A stretch of DNA of 64,000 nt, from NCBI RefSeq assembly GCF_000315625.1, contig NW_005434555.1:94106-158105 (forward strand), read 5' to 3'. Shown in pieces: positions 12,815-25,620 of the stretch. The translations under genes and the position numbers were made by a program. The notes under the pieces were generated by a model. That model was given only the letters and a program-made list of their open reading frames with translations, searched no databases and was not told the origin of the DNA. Source of the DNA: Guillardia theta CCMP2712 (taxonomy: Eukaryota; Protista; Cryptophyta). Every line of letters begins with the position of its first letter. The stretch's first letter is position 1.

Positions 12815-14302
12815 AACAATAACAACAACAATTACAACAACAACAATTACAACAATTACAACAACAACAAACTGATTCTCAGCATCCATGAAAGAATTTC
12901 AGACGACGAAGACCATTGGGTAGTGAAAGTCTGTCCAGACGGTCTCAGGTTGCCCGACATCAACGAGGATCAGAACAACATAATCTCTCGCATCTTCAGA
13001 ACTGCCAGGTGCTCTCCTGCACCGCCTCCTGACCAGCAAGTTCGTGACAAGTCCGTGCTGCAGGTCCCTCCACCTCATGGTCAGGATGGTTGTGCAGCAG
13101 GAGAGATGTTGCTTCCTCTTCTCGGACGCTCGTTTCCTTCCCCGTGCAAACTTCGCCTGCAGGCTGCGAGCTGGAAAGAGCACCCTGCTCAACCCGCACT
13201 CGAGCCTTGACCTTGACAGCCTGTCCTTCTCAGCTCGTCACGGCGGTCGATACGATCCGATCCGTGCCCAGCTGAAGATGAAGAATGTGGCTGAGATGAT
13301 CCTCCAGCTGGCGTCCTGCTCCGCTGCAGCTGGGGAGAGCGGTGAAATAAGCATGGAGGCTGAGATCATAGGGAAGGCAGGGGTTGTTGACGTGCTGAAG
13401 AGAAGCCTGGAGAGGTCCGCTCGTCAAAGTTGACAAGGTCCCAGTCCAACCCTGACAACCTTGGCAGGGCCACTGAGCGCGTTCAAGTGAAGAGAGAAGA
13501 GTCCAGCTGCAGCTCAACTGACTTTCAACGTGGCTTCCGAGGGTCAACCTACGTGCAAGTCAGCCTACCCGTGGAGTGGAGTCAGCCTCTTAGCTCAGAC
13601 CGCAGCTGGGCTTTTGTCAAGCTGTTCCTCACCGTGCTGAGCGAGAGGGTAGAGAGGATGGTAGAGACTTGTACCGGCTCGCGCTCTGCTGCCTTCTGAT
13701 GGGACTTCAGGACGGAGAGGTTGTAGGAATCTCCAGTGACTGGAGGAAGCTTGCTTCCTCGGTGAAACCTCCTCGCCTCCCTTGCGCCACGTGGGGCTGA
13801 TGGGATGGGCTGGTGGCAGGAGCTGAAGGTGGTGGATGCGATAGTGAAGATCAATCATGATTGCTGCTGGGAAGCAAGAGGAGCCAAACATGCACACCAG
13901 GTGAGCAGATGGCCGATGCACGTTCGCCTGTTCGCAGATGTTGACAACTGGACGCTAGGTGGAGGAGGAGCTGGAGGAGGAGATCACAGAAGACGAGTTC
14001 CAGGAGGCGAAGACAAGGCTGGTGGTGTGTATTGACATGTGGAGGGTGAGATAAGGGTGAGATGAGATTGTTGGAGCAGAGCGCTGAGGTGGATGTGACG
14101 GACAAGTTTGCTGGCAAGATCGAAACGCGCAACTTGAGAGAGGTCAAAGGAGAGATTTTTCTTGTTGAGATTGTCCTGACGTTGGAGGCTGAAGGTTGTG
14201 AATATGAAGTTCGAAGAGTTTGACGGACTCGTGAAGGCTGCAAGGAGGTTGAAGGGATTGATGTCAACGACAAAGCATGTAGATGACAATGAAATACAGT
14301 GA
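10391..14302 (+). CDS. M16 (insulinase) family, stromal processing peptidase-like, probably catalytically inactive; signal peptide
   Basis: LPEHPQLRKGCLQNGVRYALL...MKMNAGSLDEGRGEQGAANVLRRCL resembles the SPP/PqqL N-terminus (LP.HP.L..G.L.NG..Y...GS.DE...EQG.AH..EH). The M16 C-domain motif LLNFYHMQYFASGTDIFIVGSFD is present, with a hydrophobic N-terminus and further 3' exons to about 14302. Confidence 0.75.
12752..12870. repeat. (AAC)n microsatellite, probably intronic
   Basis: About 39 AAC/AAT/TAC units, followed directly by the branch/acceptor-like CTGATTCTCAG at about 12882-12892. Confidence 0.85.
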
Positions 14303-14423
14303 TATGATTTCATATGACATGACATGACATTACATGACATTTCGGTAGCGATAGATTGAGTTTGTTGTGATCCAATGAGATTGTTTTGTTGTTATCTAGT
14401 GAGTTTCAATGACTAGAAAGTCT

Positions 14424-16774
14424 TCACTTTAACTTCTCTCGCATGAATTTCTCCTGCTCTTCAGCTCCTTGCAGCGCATCCCATTCCCAGTAGGGGATGG
14501 AGATGAAACGATAACCTGTCACAGAGATGAGCAGGGCAGGGCACAGCACAGCACAGCACAGCACAGCACAGCACAGCACAGCACAGCACAGCACAGCACA
14601 GCAAAGGAGGGAGAAGCAAACGGTAAATCTCTCGCACAAGGTGAAACTCTCACCGACTGCCTCGAGGTGACGTCGCTTAAGGACCGTGCTGCCTGACGCC
14701 TCACGCGTTCCATGGAGGAAGTGGGAGGGACCGTCAACTTCGATTGCCACTGGTGAGGAGGAGGAGGAGGAGGAGGAGGAGGAGGAGGAGGAGGAGGAGG
14801 AGGAGGAGGAGGAGGGAGGGCAGTAAATGTCGATGGTGTATCCTGTTCGGGGGTCCTGATGCTCCTCCTCACACTCGAAGCCTATAGAGAGGAGGACGCT
14901 CATGACTTCCTTCTGCAACTTAGAGGAGCGAAGCTGAAACAGAGTAAGAGGAGGCGAGCGAGAGGAGGAGAGCGAGAGGAGGAGAGCGAAAGGAGAGCGA
15001 GAGGAGGAGAGGGAAGAGAAGGTTGAGGATGGAAGGGGAAGGAGGTCCGAGAGGGTCAAATGACTCACCTCGTCCGTTGATTTGACCGTGAATGCTGCTC
15101 GACACTTGTCGGCGTCAAGATCTTTTACAAGCCTATCGGAGGAAGTCAGATTTAGAGAACAGGACAAGGAAGAACAAGCAGGGAGAAGGGGGAAATGAGA
15201 AGGAGGAGAAGGAGAAGAAGAAGGAGCAGGAGATGGAGGAGAAGGAGAAGGAGAAGGAGAAGGAGAAGGAGAAGGAGAAGGAGAAGGAGAAGGAGAAGGA
15301 GAAGGAGAAGGAGGAGGTGAGCAGCAACAGCTGAACACCTCAAAGCAGGAGGGCAAGCTTGAGCGACGTCAGGATCCAGCTCAGAGGACAAGAAGAATTG
15401 ATGGACTTGACGGAGAGTCTCTCTATTCATGAAGACGATGTGCCTGCTCTGTGATGAGAACAGGGAGGAGGAGAGGAGGCGGTTGTTGAACAGCAGCAGC
15501 AGCAGCAGCAGTCGTCTACCGAGAGAGAGAGGAGGAGAGGATTGAGAGAAAGGCCTTGTCCTGTATGCGGAGGACAGCAGCGCTCCAAGCGAGCATGCCG
15601 ACTTCTTCTGTCTCATACCTGCAGGACAAGATCAGAGGAGGGGCAGGAGAAGAGAAGGATGGGAAAGGAGAATAAACGATGATAAGAGACTGATTGAGGG
15701 GAGGGGAGGAGAAGGGAAGAGGAAGGGAGTAGAGAAAGAGAAAGGAGAGAACGGGAAGGAAGTGGGAGGAGATAGTGGCGACTTGTCTGGATTGATGAGA
15801 GCAGCGGCCTGGCTGAGGAATGCAACGACGTCTTTGTACGGCCTATTGAGAACAGCAAGGGCCTGAAAACAGTCGTGAATGAAGAGGAGGAGCAGAAAAG
15901 AGAGGAGGAGCAGAAAAGAGAGGAGGAGCAGGAGGGGACAGGGAGAGGAAACGAGCAAGGAAGCTGCTCAGGGTTCAATTGATCACCTGCAGGGTCATGG
16001 AGATTTCACGGCCGTCGAAGGATCCTCGAGAATGCTGGGAAAGAATCGTGAGAGAAGAACACACGGGGGAGGAAAAGGAGGAGGAGGAGGAGGAGGAGGA
16101 GGAGGAGGAGAAGGAGGAGGAGGAGGAGAAGGAGGAGGAGGAGGAGGAGGAGAAGGAGGAGGAGGAGAAGGAGGAGGAGGAGGTCCAAGCAAGGGGATTG
16201 GAGCCAGAGGCAGGGGTGAAAAGCAGGGGAGTGGGGGAGAGGAGAGAGGAGAGAGAGAAGAGAGGAAGATTCTCACAGAGAGGGTGGACTTGACGAGGAC
16301 ACGAAAGAGATTTTCATCTAGTTGGCCGCAGGAAGCAAAACCGTTAAAGATGTTAGCGATGGCTTGATGTCCTGACGAATGAAATGTCAGACCCACAGAC
16401 AGGCGGAACAACAAAAGAAGTAGTTTGTGTCAACATTGTCATGCATTTGACTGTTGTCAACTTCGAACAAAGATCAAGCGTCTCCTCACTTCAAGGAACA
16501 TCATCTCTGTCTTACCTAAATTGCTCTTCAGCTCCATGGCAGCTTGAGACATGTGACGGAGTACTGATCGGCTGGTGGAGGATTGCTGGAGAAATGTACA
16601 ACCATTAGATTGATCTAAGTCGTTGCAATCACATTTATCACCACCAACACTAACACCAACACCAACGCCAGTAAATTTCAACATCATCTCCAGCAGCATA
16701 TCCTTCAGCATCATCATCTCCATCATCATCTCCATCATCATCTCCATCATCATCATCATCAACAACAACAACAA

Positions 16775-16822
<48 letters not shown>

Positions 16823-16829
16823 ACAACAA

Positions 16830-16861
<32 letters not shown>

Positions 16862-16920
16862 TCATCATCATCATCATCATCATCATCAACAACAACAACA
16901 ACATCATCATCATCATCATC

Positions 16921-16968
<48 letters not shown>

Positions 16969-17345
16969 AACAACAACAATAACAACAATAACATCATCAT
17001 CATCATCATCATCATCATCAACAACAACAACAACAACAACATCGTCAACCGTCTGATCACAATCACCAATCATTCATCATGTTTCCTTTTCTTCATCACC
17101 ACGCCTCTATCTTCGTTGATGAATCTACTTCATCTTCATAATCATCTCAATCATAGTCAACAAGAAAACAAGGAACATGTTGCATCCCGAAGAAAAGTAG
17201 GAAAAACTCACAGGAACTGTTCTGCCGAATGCGTTGACGATGTTCGCGATGTTCTGCTCATCAAACTCGTTCGGCGGGCGAAACAAGATGGCACGAGCGA
17301 TATGCTGAAAAATTAGTATGAGCACGAGCTGCCAAGAAACAGCAG

Positions 17346-17377
<32 letters not shown>

Positions 17378-18171
17378 TATTTTTCTGACCTCAATCACTT
17401 CACGTGGAATATCCTCCAGCTCTCTGAAGAGGGAGTTTGACAGGAGGGCGAGGGAGACGGGGGAGTAGCTGAAGTCTCAAGTCATTCTCCTCCGCCAAGA
17501 ACCAACAGCCTCACTCTTCTATCTTGATCCTCGTCGACACGCGAGCGAGGAACTCAAACACGTCTTCCTCCCTCCGCTCCTCCTGCATCGCCTCCCGTTT
17601 CTTCGAGCTCATTAGGAAGGACTCGTAGAATTCCTTGAGGTACTCGTCGCTCAACAGGCTCGCGTCCTGAAACTTGACCCCCTGGTACACCTACACCGCC
17701 CCATCCCATCATGTCAGTCAGAGGCAAGAGGTGCCATCTTGCAGGGTTACCGGCACGTTCCTGCTGCTGATGAAGGCTCCCTTCCCTTGCTCGCCTACAG
17801 GAGCCTTGTCCTCCGCAACAACAGCATCGGCGTACAACATCTCCACGTTCATCCTCAACCCTCTCTCTCCCGACCTCCACTTGTCCTTCTCCCTCTCCCT
17901 CTCGAACCCTGGGAGCGACTTGACCGCCTTCGTTCGCTGCTGCAAGAACGTCTTCCTGCTCAGCGGCGACCTCCTCACCGTCTGAGATCGTCGGTACAAG
18001 GAGTTGGCAATGAGAGCCAGCGACTGGGCGTCGAAAGCTTCAACCTTCGAGAATTTCAGCAATTTGAAGGGGGGGGGGGGGGAGTTAGAGGATGAAGGAT
18101 GAAACAGGAGGAAGAAGGAGGAAGAAAATAGGATCAGGAGGAAGAACTAGGTGAAAAGGTGCCCACAGGCA

Positions 18172-18226
<55 letters not shown>

Positions 18227-20658
18227 GTGACCTCAAAGGATTTGATTAGAGTTGCCATGCTATCGAAGAGCAGCTCGTCCTCTGGGAGAATCTTTGCGAA
18301 CGCGTTGAGGATGATGGAGGCGCTTCTAGCGTCCTCGCTGCCCCATACCTCAGGGGGGATCTGCTGGAGGGCAGAGCTGAAGAAGAGGAACAGCGGCTTG
18401 TCGATCCCTGTGTTGCTGATCTCTGACTTAGAGAAGACGGAGACGAGGACGAGCAGGTTGGAGATGCTGAACGAGTCAAGTTCCTGCATGCCCTGTCAAG
18501 AGCACAACATGCACTTCTTCCTGATTCTCCGGCAGCTTTCCTTGCTCGCTCCTGCTTCCCTCCTTCCATTATCCCTTCTTCACTATCCCTTCTTCACCAC
18601 CTCCATCTCAACTTCCTCCTCACCTTCCTCCTCCCCTCTCCCCTCCCCTTCCTCCTCCTCCTCTTCCTCCTCCTCCTCTTCCTTGTTCCCTCCCCTTGCC
18701 TACACTTCCCTCTTCCTCCTTTCTCACCTGCTCTTGCATCCTCCTAGAGTACTGCCTCATCAGTTCTTGGATCCAGTAGATAGTCGGGCCCTGCGAGAGC
18801 GCTTCAGTCTCATCGTCATCGGATGTACATCCTTTCATCCTTTCTCTCCCCCTGCCGCCCCACTGCGCCTCCTCCTCATAATCATCCTCCTCCTCCCCAT
18901 CTTGTGCGCCCACGTCACCTGCAACTTCCCGGCAGCGGATACCTCGAGACACTGGAGAAAACATGATCAGTTGCTCATGTAAAGACGATGACAGACAAAA
19001 TCATATCAGCGAAGGTAACGGTGATGAGAAAAGAAGGCAAAGTTTGTGCTGATGTAGAGAGATAGCAGCAGCAACAACAGCAACAACGACAACAGCTTCG
19101 GGTGACATGAAACACTAGGACGATCAGAAGTAGAGGAGGAGGCATTGCCAACGGTCACCTTGCTGAACGCTGGGAGCATCAGTACAGCATCTGAGATGCA
19201 ATTCGGTCCATTGGTCCGGATGCAGAGGGAGAGGGCAACAGAGCACATGTGTCGGAGCAGCTCGTCGTCCTGCTCCTCCAAGGTCCTCCCCTTCTCCTGC
19301 AGGGAGGACTCCGCGTATACCACCCAGCTCGAGACGATGTCGGCGATGGTCTTGGCGTCGAAGAGGTTGGAAGGAGAGGAGAGGATGACCGAGGTGAAGT
19401 ACTTGAAGAGCTTGAAGTCCTTGTACTTCACCCTCCCCAGACTCTTGATGATGTTGGCGAACGTGGCCATGCCGAACTCCCGGAAGGGGCTCGAGGCCCT
19501 GACCTCGCTCACGTCCTGCCTCGAGTTGTCCTTCTCGTTCACGACCAGGTCTGACCCCAGCGAGTTCGCCAGGTAGCGGAAGAGCTCAGCATCTTCGATG
19601 TTGAAGTGTGAGAAAGCTCCGAGGATGTTGGCGATGGACTGCATGGAGTACGCTTCCTGCGGGATGGAGAGAGCGATCTTCGACATCCTCTGGAAGAGAA
19701 CCTGGTCGTGGATCTCCGCCTTGGCAAACGCATTCACTATGTTGGAGACGTGCTGGGGAGAAAAGTCGTTCTGCTCGAGGCTCAGCGCCACCAGCGAGAG
19801 AAACTCAAACAAGTTCTTGTTCCCAGCGCCCGAGCGAACGAACGCGTTGAGGATGTTGGCGACTGACTGCGGGGTGAAGTCGGTAGGCTTCATGGCAAGA
19901 GTGACTTGTGCAAGAAGCTCAAACAGCTCTTTCTTCACGTAGCCTGCTGATGCGTATGCGTTGACAATGTTGGCCACGTTCTGCGAATCGAAGTATGCTT
20001 CCACCTTGCTCTTGTTGTCCATCAGCGCTTGCTGGGCGAGGACTCGGATCCTTCTGTCTGACAGCTCAAACATCCTCTCGTATCCGTCTCGCTCCCTCAC
20101 TGCATTCAGAGCCAGCGCGACATGTTTGGCAGACAACCTCCCAATGCCCCTTTCCACAATCCCTGCATAGAACCGGAAGCATACCGCCTCCCTCTCTTCG
20201 AGCGTCTCCCCGCGCTTGTTGGATTGATCCATCTTCTTGAGGCGTTTGAGGTGATTCAATGCAGCTACCGCCTGCTGAGGGGGGATCTCACCTCTGTCAT
20301 GGTCGTAAAAGCCCTCCAGTGTCGCTAGCAGATCCGCTAGGCTGGTGAAGGACATCAGTCTCTTCAGCTCCTTCACCTCTCTAGGATCGCTCCTCCTCTT
20401 CTCAACCCTCTGAAATGTTTTCAGGCCAGAGATCTTCTTTCCCCCTCCCGCTCCCTTGCTCTCCTTCATCATCGTTATCGGCCGGCTGCATACCCTCTGC
20501 CTCAGGTTCCGCTCCAGGTGGGTGTCAGGAAGGAAGACGAAGCAAGGCAAACTGAGGGGGGAAGCGACGGGACTTGCTCTGCTTCCTTCTCCCCCGTCTC
20601 CTAGCATCATCGCTCCCACGCATGCGCTCAGCAGCCCTGCTGCCCATCCCGACCTCAT
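14424..20658 (-). CDS. Octotricopeptide-repeat (OPR) protein with C-terminal RAP domain, organelle-targeted RNA-binding protein (multi-exon)
   Basis: Tandem 38-aa repeats (FDSQNVANIVNAYASAGYVKKELFELLAQVTLAMKPTD; FTPQSVANILNAFVRSG...), with further repeats in downstream exons (FDEQNIANIVNAFGR, HQAIANIFNGFASCG). RAP motif VAIEVDGPSHF...LKRRHL...YRFISIPYWEWDAL at the C-terminus; N-terminal targeting-like leader. Confidence 0.88.
16700..17045. repeat. Compound (CAT)n/(CAA)n microsatellite inside an OPR gene intron
   Basis: Alternating CAT and CAA blocks. Confidence 0.95.
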
Positions 20659-21230
20659 CGTCAAGCCATGCTCCGCCTTGAAGCTTCCTCGCTGTGTCCC
20701 AAGAGTATGTGAGCACAGATCCGGGCCCGGGCCCGACCCGCCGGGCCGGGCCGGAGCCACTGAGCCCAGCGCGGCTCAACTTGATGAAAGTCGATGAAAA
20801 TCACAAGAAGGAGTTGGATTTGTTTCCCTTTACTCAAAGTACACACCCTAGTAGTAGTGATCGGGCGGTAAGCGGCCTCAACCACCTGCCACGCCGAACA
20901 AGTTTTTGGACGGTGCAGTGCATTCTAATGAAACTCGACTCATCTTGAGCAAAAAACTGTTTTGTGGTACACTCGACCGTACACTGTTTTGGCGGCTCTG
21001 AGCGCGGCATGCCACCGTCACTCCACCGCCGCTACTGCGTCGACAGGCAGCCCCACTCAGGGCCTCACACGAAGTTTTTGGTTTAGGCCGCGCCTCGTAC
21101 CGGGCCGCCGGGCCCCGGCCCGACGCCCGGCCCGCGGCTCAGGCGGGCCTACTTATGGTCGATAGCACCAAGAGTCCTTGGGTTTCACCATCTCTCCATG
21201 CGGAGAGCCGCCTGAGATCTAATATGTACC

Positions 21231-21758
21231 ATGCACTCTAACCGATGATGTTATCATACATGTACTCTAACTGATGATGTTATCATACATGTACTCTAAC
21301 TGATGATGTTATCATACATGTTCTCCAACTGATGATGTTATCATACATGTTCTCCAACTGATGATGTTATCATACATGTACTCTAACTGATGATGTTATC
21401 ATACATGTACTCTAACTGATGATGTTATCATACATGTACTCTAACCAATGATGTTATGATACATGTACTCTAACTGATGATGTTATCATACATGTACTCT
21501 AACCAATGATGTTATCATACATGTACTCTAACCAATGATGTTAACATACATGCACTCTAACTGATGATGTTATGATACATGTACTCTAACCAATGATGTT
21601 AACATACATGTACTCTAACCGATGATGTTAACATACATGCACTCTAACCGATGATGTTATCATACATGTTCTCCAACTGATGATGTTAACATACATGCAC
21701 TCTAACCGATGATGTTATCATACATATACTCCAACCGATGATTTTATCATACATGTAC
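21231..21758. repeat. 29-bp AT-rich minisatellite, about 18 copies
   Basis: Unit CTAAC(T/C)GATGATGTTATCATACATGTACT, with 28-bp variants (..TTCTCCAAC..); head-to-tail with no spacers. Confidence 0.95.
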
Positions 21759-21907
21759 AAGTGAATCTTATGTTTGTTCTTGTACTTGCCTCTCAATTCT
21801 GATCGGTTTGATTTACAAGTCGTGATTGGTCAAGTGATCATCCTCTGTTAGATTTTACCTTCATCAGACATTCACCGATTTTTGTTTTCTACGTTCCCAA
21901 GAGTGTG

Positions 21908-24399
21908 ATGAGTGAGAGGTGCTTATGTCGTGTTGAGCAGATCGACTTGCTGTCTGCTTCGATCCTAAGGGACCAAGTGCTGGGAGCATGACGGTGAATC
22001 CTCGGGGAAGGACACTGACATGCCTTTGTAAGAACGCTTCAAGTTTGAACGAGAGTGGATCATTGATGTAGATTGTTTACAGATTTGTTGGTCTGTATGG
22101 TGCATGGTCAAGAACAACCTGCAGTTCCCTGCAGTCTCAACAGGTGAGAAGAAGATTCATGTGGGTTGTAGTTGTGACCATTCTGTAGAACTGTTCTCCA
22201 ATGTCCCGAGTACTCCAAGGGCACGAACAACTGGGAGTTGTCATACCAGCTGAATCGACCGCAAGAAGTGCCCTGCAGCGCTGCTCCTCGATTCTGCGCG
22301 TTTGATCTATCAAGTTCATTGACTGCCTGCAAGGCTGGGAGCTTTTTCCTTGACACCACCGCATACCGACTGACCACGTGGTCAATGATCACACCAGGAT
22401 CGCCTGCTGTGTGCGGCCATGGCAATCGAGCATTTTCCTTCTTCTTTCGATTGAGCTCACAATCAGCCAACATTCACTCGTTTCAAAACCTGCTGATCAT
22501 CTTCCTCGCGGGAGGAATGTGCTGGGATACCGACACTTGCGGAACAAACGCGACCAAGAGGACCATGGGGGCAGCAAACAACCCCTCAAGCCTTGAGCCA
22601 GACATCCCGATCTCCTTCCTTGAATCTGTGAGCGGTCGGGTGGGCCTAAGCACTCTCGTTTACAGTCAGGGGATTTTCAGTCCAGACCAGTATGACATAG
22701 TAGTCATCCCTGATTGCACCGGGGACCTGCATGTAGGTAACAGAAGTTTCACATACAGATCAGGGAACACTTCTTGCATTACCGCGCATCACTTTGGAGC
22801 CGTCAACACTGGAATGACGCTTGAATGGATCTTTGACAAGAGAAACATCAAATCCCTACAACGGATTTCCATCATCTCGACGGGTTTGAACACGGGGCAA
22901 TCTGCCCAGTTCCCGGACGCTCGACCGATACCCTACGCCCCTGGGTCTCATGGGGGAATATTCTGGGCTCCGTTCATACAAGGGATGCATCCTCAAATAC
23001 CCGTCAAGGTGATCTCAGAGCAGTCTCTCGGGGTTGTCGGTCCGAAATGGAAGGTGATGATGCAAGATGACCCGTGGGGCGCGACCACCGCCAAGACGCC
23101 GGACTTGTCACAGACTGTCTTACCCAGCAGCTCTGAATGGTCGTTCGTATATGACGACACCTCGTACTACTATGAAGTGATAACACAGAAGAACAGCCTG
23201 ATATCATTCGCGGATATAGCTTCATCGTCAGACGAAAATCAGAAACGGTTTTTCGTAGACACCGGGGGGAGTCTGACGGATTGTTGCCTGGAAGGATGTA
23301 GTTGTTCTCAGGCAGCCAGCAGATCGTACAAGTCGGGGCAAACAGACTGGTTGAAAAGCTTCAAAGTTGCTGTGATTCGTAGGCATCAACGAATGGGCAC
23401 GACCTACCTCTCGTGGATTCATGAAGTGCCGAACTTGCGATTCTTGTTGACTCCGGTCAACATCTCGAAGAGTGTCAACGGCATCGCCCAAGTGACTCAG
23501 ATCTTTGAACAGTAAGCGAACAAACCATTGCTTCTTCTCGGCTAACTTTTCTTAGGTTGTTGGGATCACAAACATATACAGCCTGGAAATCTCGCTTCAA
23601 CTACACGACGGGATGTCCGATACTCAATGCATCTTCAAAATGCGGAGAGAGCAATGCTATACTGTCAAACTGGATGTGAGTATAGATGATGTCACGGTGC
23701 TGCCTGAGCTGCTATGAAACCTGATTTGAGTGGCAGCTACTCGATAGCAACAGCTCGACTGATCTTCAACTCGAGAGGAATCTTGGTTGCTACGACATTC
23801 CCTGGACAGAACTACATGGAGCGGACGTTTGGCAACTACACTTGTATGGGATGTCTTGATGGGGTATTGCTCATCTGCCTTTTCTCTTCTCCTCTGAGCA
23901 AATATTTCAGATCCCAGGCTCTTACCCGGGGGATTATAAGTGTAACTCGGTCTTATTGCCCGGAGAAACCTTGTTGTCTCTGGCTGCCAAGTACATGACG
24001 GACTGGATCACTTTGTGGTCCATGAACGGAGGCCTCGGCATTTACAGCTCTCAACAGTTGGTTCTATACAAGTACGGCCATGAGTATCGCGTGAGTTTCG
24101 GTATATTCCTCCGTTACTCTGTCAGCTAGCCTGACTTTCTTTCCCATGCTAGATGATACAATAGACACCATTGCCACAAGATTTGGAACGACAAGCTACC
24201 ACATATACAATGTGAATTTCAATAGGATAACTAGCATATACAACACATCCAGAATTCGAGAAGGAGACGTGATTTGCATAGTTCCCAACTTCCAGCAAGC
24301 TCGGGTGAGTGTGTTCGTTCCTTCATGCTCAACTGACTCCATGCTCAGGACCAGCAGGGACTCTCGATGTGCCAAGTCAATCAGAATTACAATGTCTGA
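21908..24399 (+). CDS. Pectin-acetylesterase/Notum-like alpha/beta-hydrolase domain + two C-terminal LysM domains (5' end uncertain)
   Basis: PAE-like motifs IFLAGGMCWDTDTC, IVVIPDCTGDLHVG, HHFGAVN. LysM-like segments VLLPGETLLSLAAKYMTDWITLWSMN (about 23950-24027) and DDTIDTIATRFGTTSYHIYNVN...IREGDVICIVP (about 24150-24287). Confidence 0.72.
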
Positions 24400-24434
24400 G
24401 AGATCGTCCGACCGCTACCATGCGACCTCTGTGT

Positions 24435-25620
24435 CTAGACGAGAAGTCCGAGGTATCGCGGGCCACTCAGAAGGGCACTGGTAGCGAGGGACGGCAAACC
24501 GGTGCTGCAGTGAAGGAACTCAGCGAGGTGCGGGCCGTCACTCTACTCACCTGTATGCTGGGGGCAGGAAGAACATCCTGGTGCTGGTGAGCAAGAAGAT
24601 AACAGCCCAGAGTCGGATAAGCCAAGAGTTGTGGAGCCCTGGGTGCCGGTCAGAGCAGGAGATGCAAAGCTAGGTGGTCACGGAATCGTTTCTCCACAAT
24701 CAGCTCCACCTTGGCAGCCTTGACAACTCGTCAGGTTTGAATCGCCGCAGTGAGGACTACCAAAGCTTGGAGGAGGAAAAACAGCAGCCAGTAGCCTCGT
24801 AGACAACCTTGCTTGCTTCGACTCCCATACCACAAGATGGCCTCATGGAAAACACCACTGACTGCGAAGGTGAAGACAGCAGCGACACTGTTAGATAGAT
24901 TTAACTTCTTTAGAGGATTGAAACAGCCATGTCTGAGAAGTCGAGCTGCCGTCATGTTCCACCTGTGACCCCAGAAGTCTCTGAGAGAGGAGGACAGGAG
25001 CGGCGAAGCGAAGTGCTCCTCGACGTCCATGCCCAGCAGACATACCAGACCCGCAGGGAAATCCATGAGACCGGAGGCCGTTAGCAGAACCACGAAGGAC
25101 CAACACACGTCACCGATCAGAGTGCCCTTGGAGCAGGCGTGCGAGAGATGCTCTAGCGTCTCGCACTTGTCAAGGGAGTAGAGCAGGAGGAGTAAGCCCA
25201 GCAGCTTGTACATGAACCTTCCTACCAAGGTGAAGCCTTTCTGGTACCGTTCTGTGCCTCCCAACTGTACGAGCTCCTGGTTGCTCCCCGCTTGAGGTTG
25301 ATGGGCAAGAAGTAGGACATCCAGAACAGACCCAACGATCGTTGAGTGTTCGCGGAGGCTAGTGGGCCATGTCCTGAGAGGAGCGCAATGACTCGGGCCG
25401 TTCCCCACCACGTGACCAGCGTTGACGACAGGACGCAGCACACAGCAGCCTCCGTCTTGTCGTTGAGGCACATCGGAATGAGAGCATGGAGAGAAAAGAG
25501 GGGTGCTGCATAGAGCCTGTTCTTCGTCACGAAATGCCTGCAGAATTCTGAGGATAGAATCGAAGACAACACACAGAAGGCAAGTCCGATCAGAGGATCC
25601 GAGATCGCAGTCAGTCTCAT
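24435..25620 (-). CDS. Membrane-bound O-acyltransferase (MBOAT, wax synthase/sterol acyltransferase-like)
   Basis: HFASPLLSSSLRDFWGHRWN and FTFAVSGVFHEAILWY (catalytic His) motifs; multiple TM helices; spliced C-terminus FFLPPAYS-TGL...LLV*. Confidence 0.9.

Noticed and set aside
12752-12870. Poly-Asn tract in the M16 protein
   Set aside because: It is followed by a branch-point/acceptor-like CTGATTCTCAG and resembles other SSR-filled introns, so it is probably spliced out.
16457-17073. Poly-M/L/D/V/Q/H ORFs
   Set aside because: Translations of an intronic CAT/CAA microsatellite.
21231-21758. CRISPR array or C/D snoRNA cluster (29-bp repeats containing TGATGA and CTGA)
   Set aside because: Repeats are head-to-tail with no unique spacers or guide sequences, there are no cas genes, and the context is eukaryotic.
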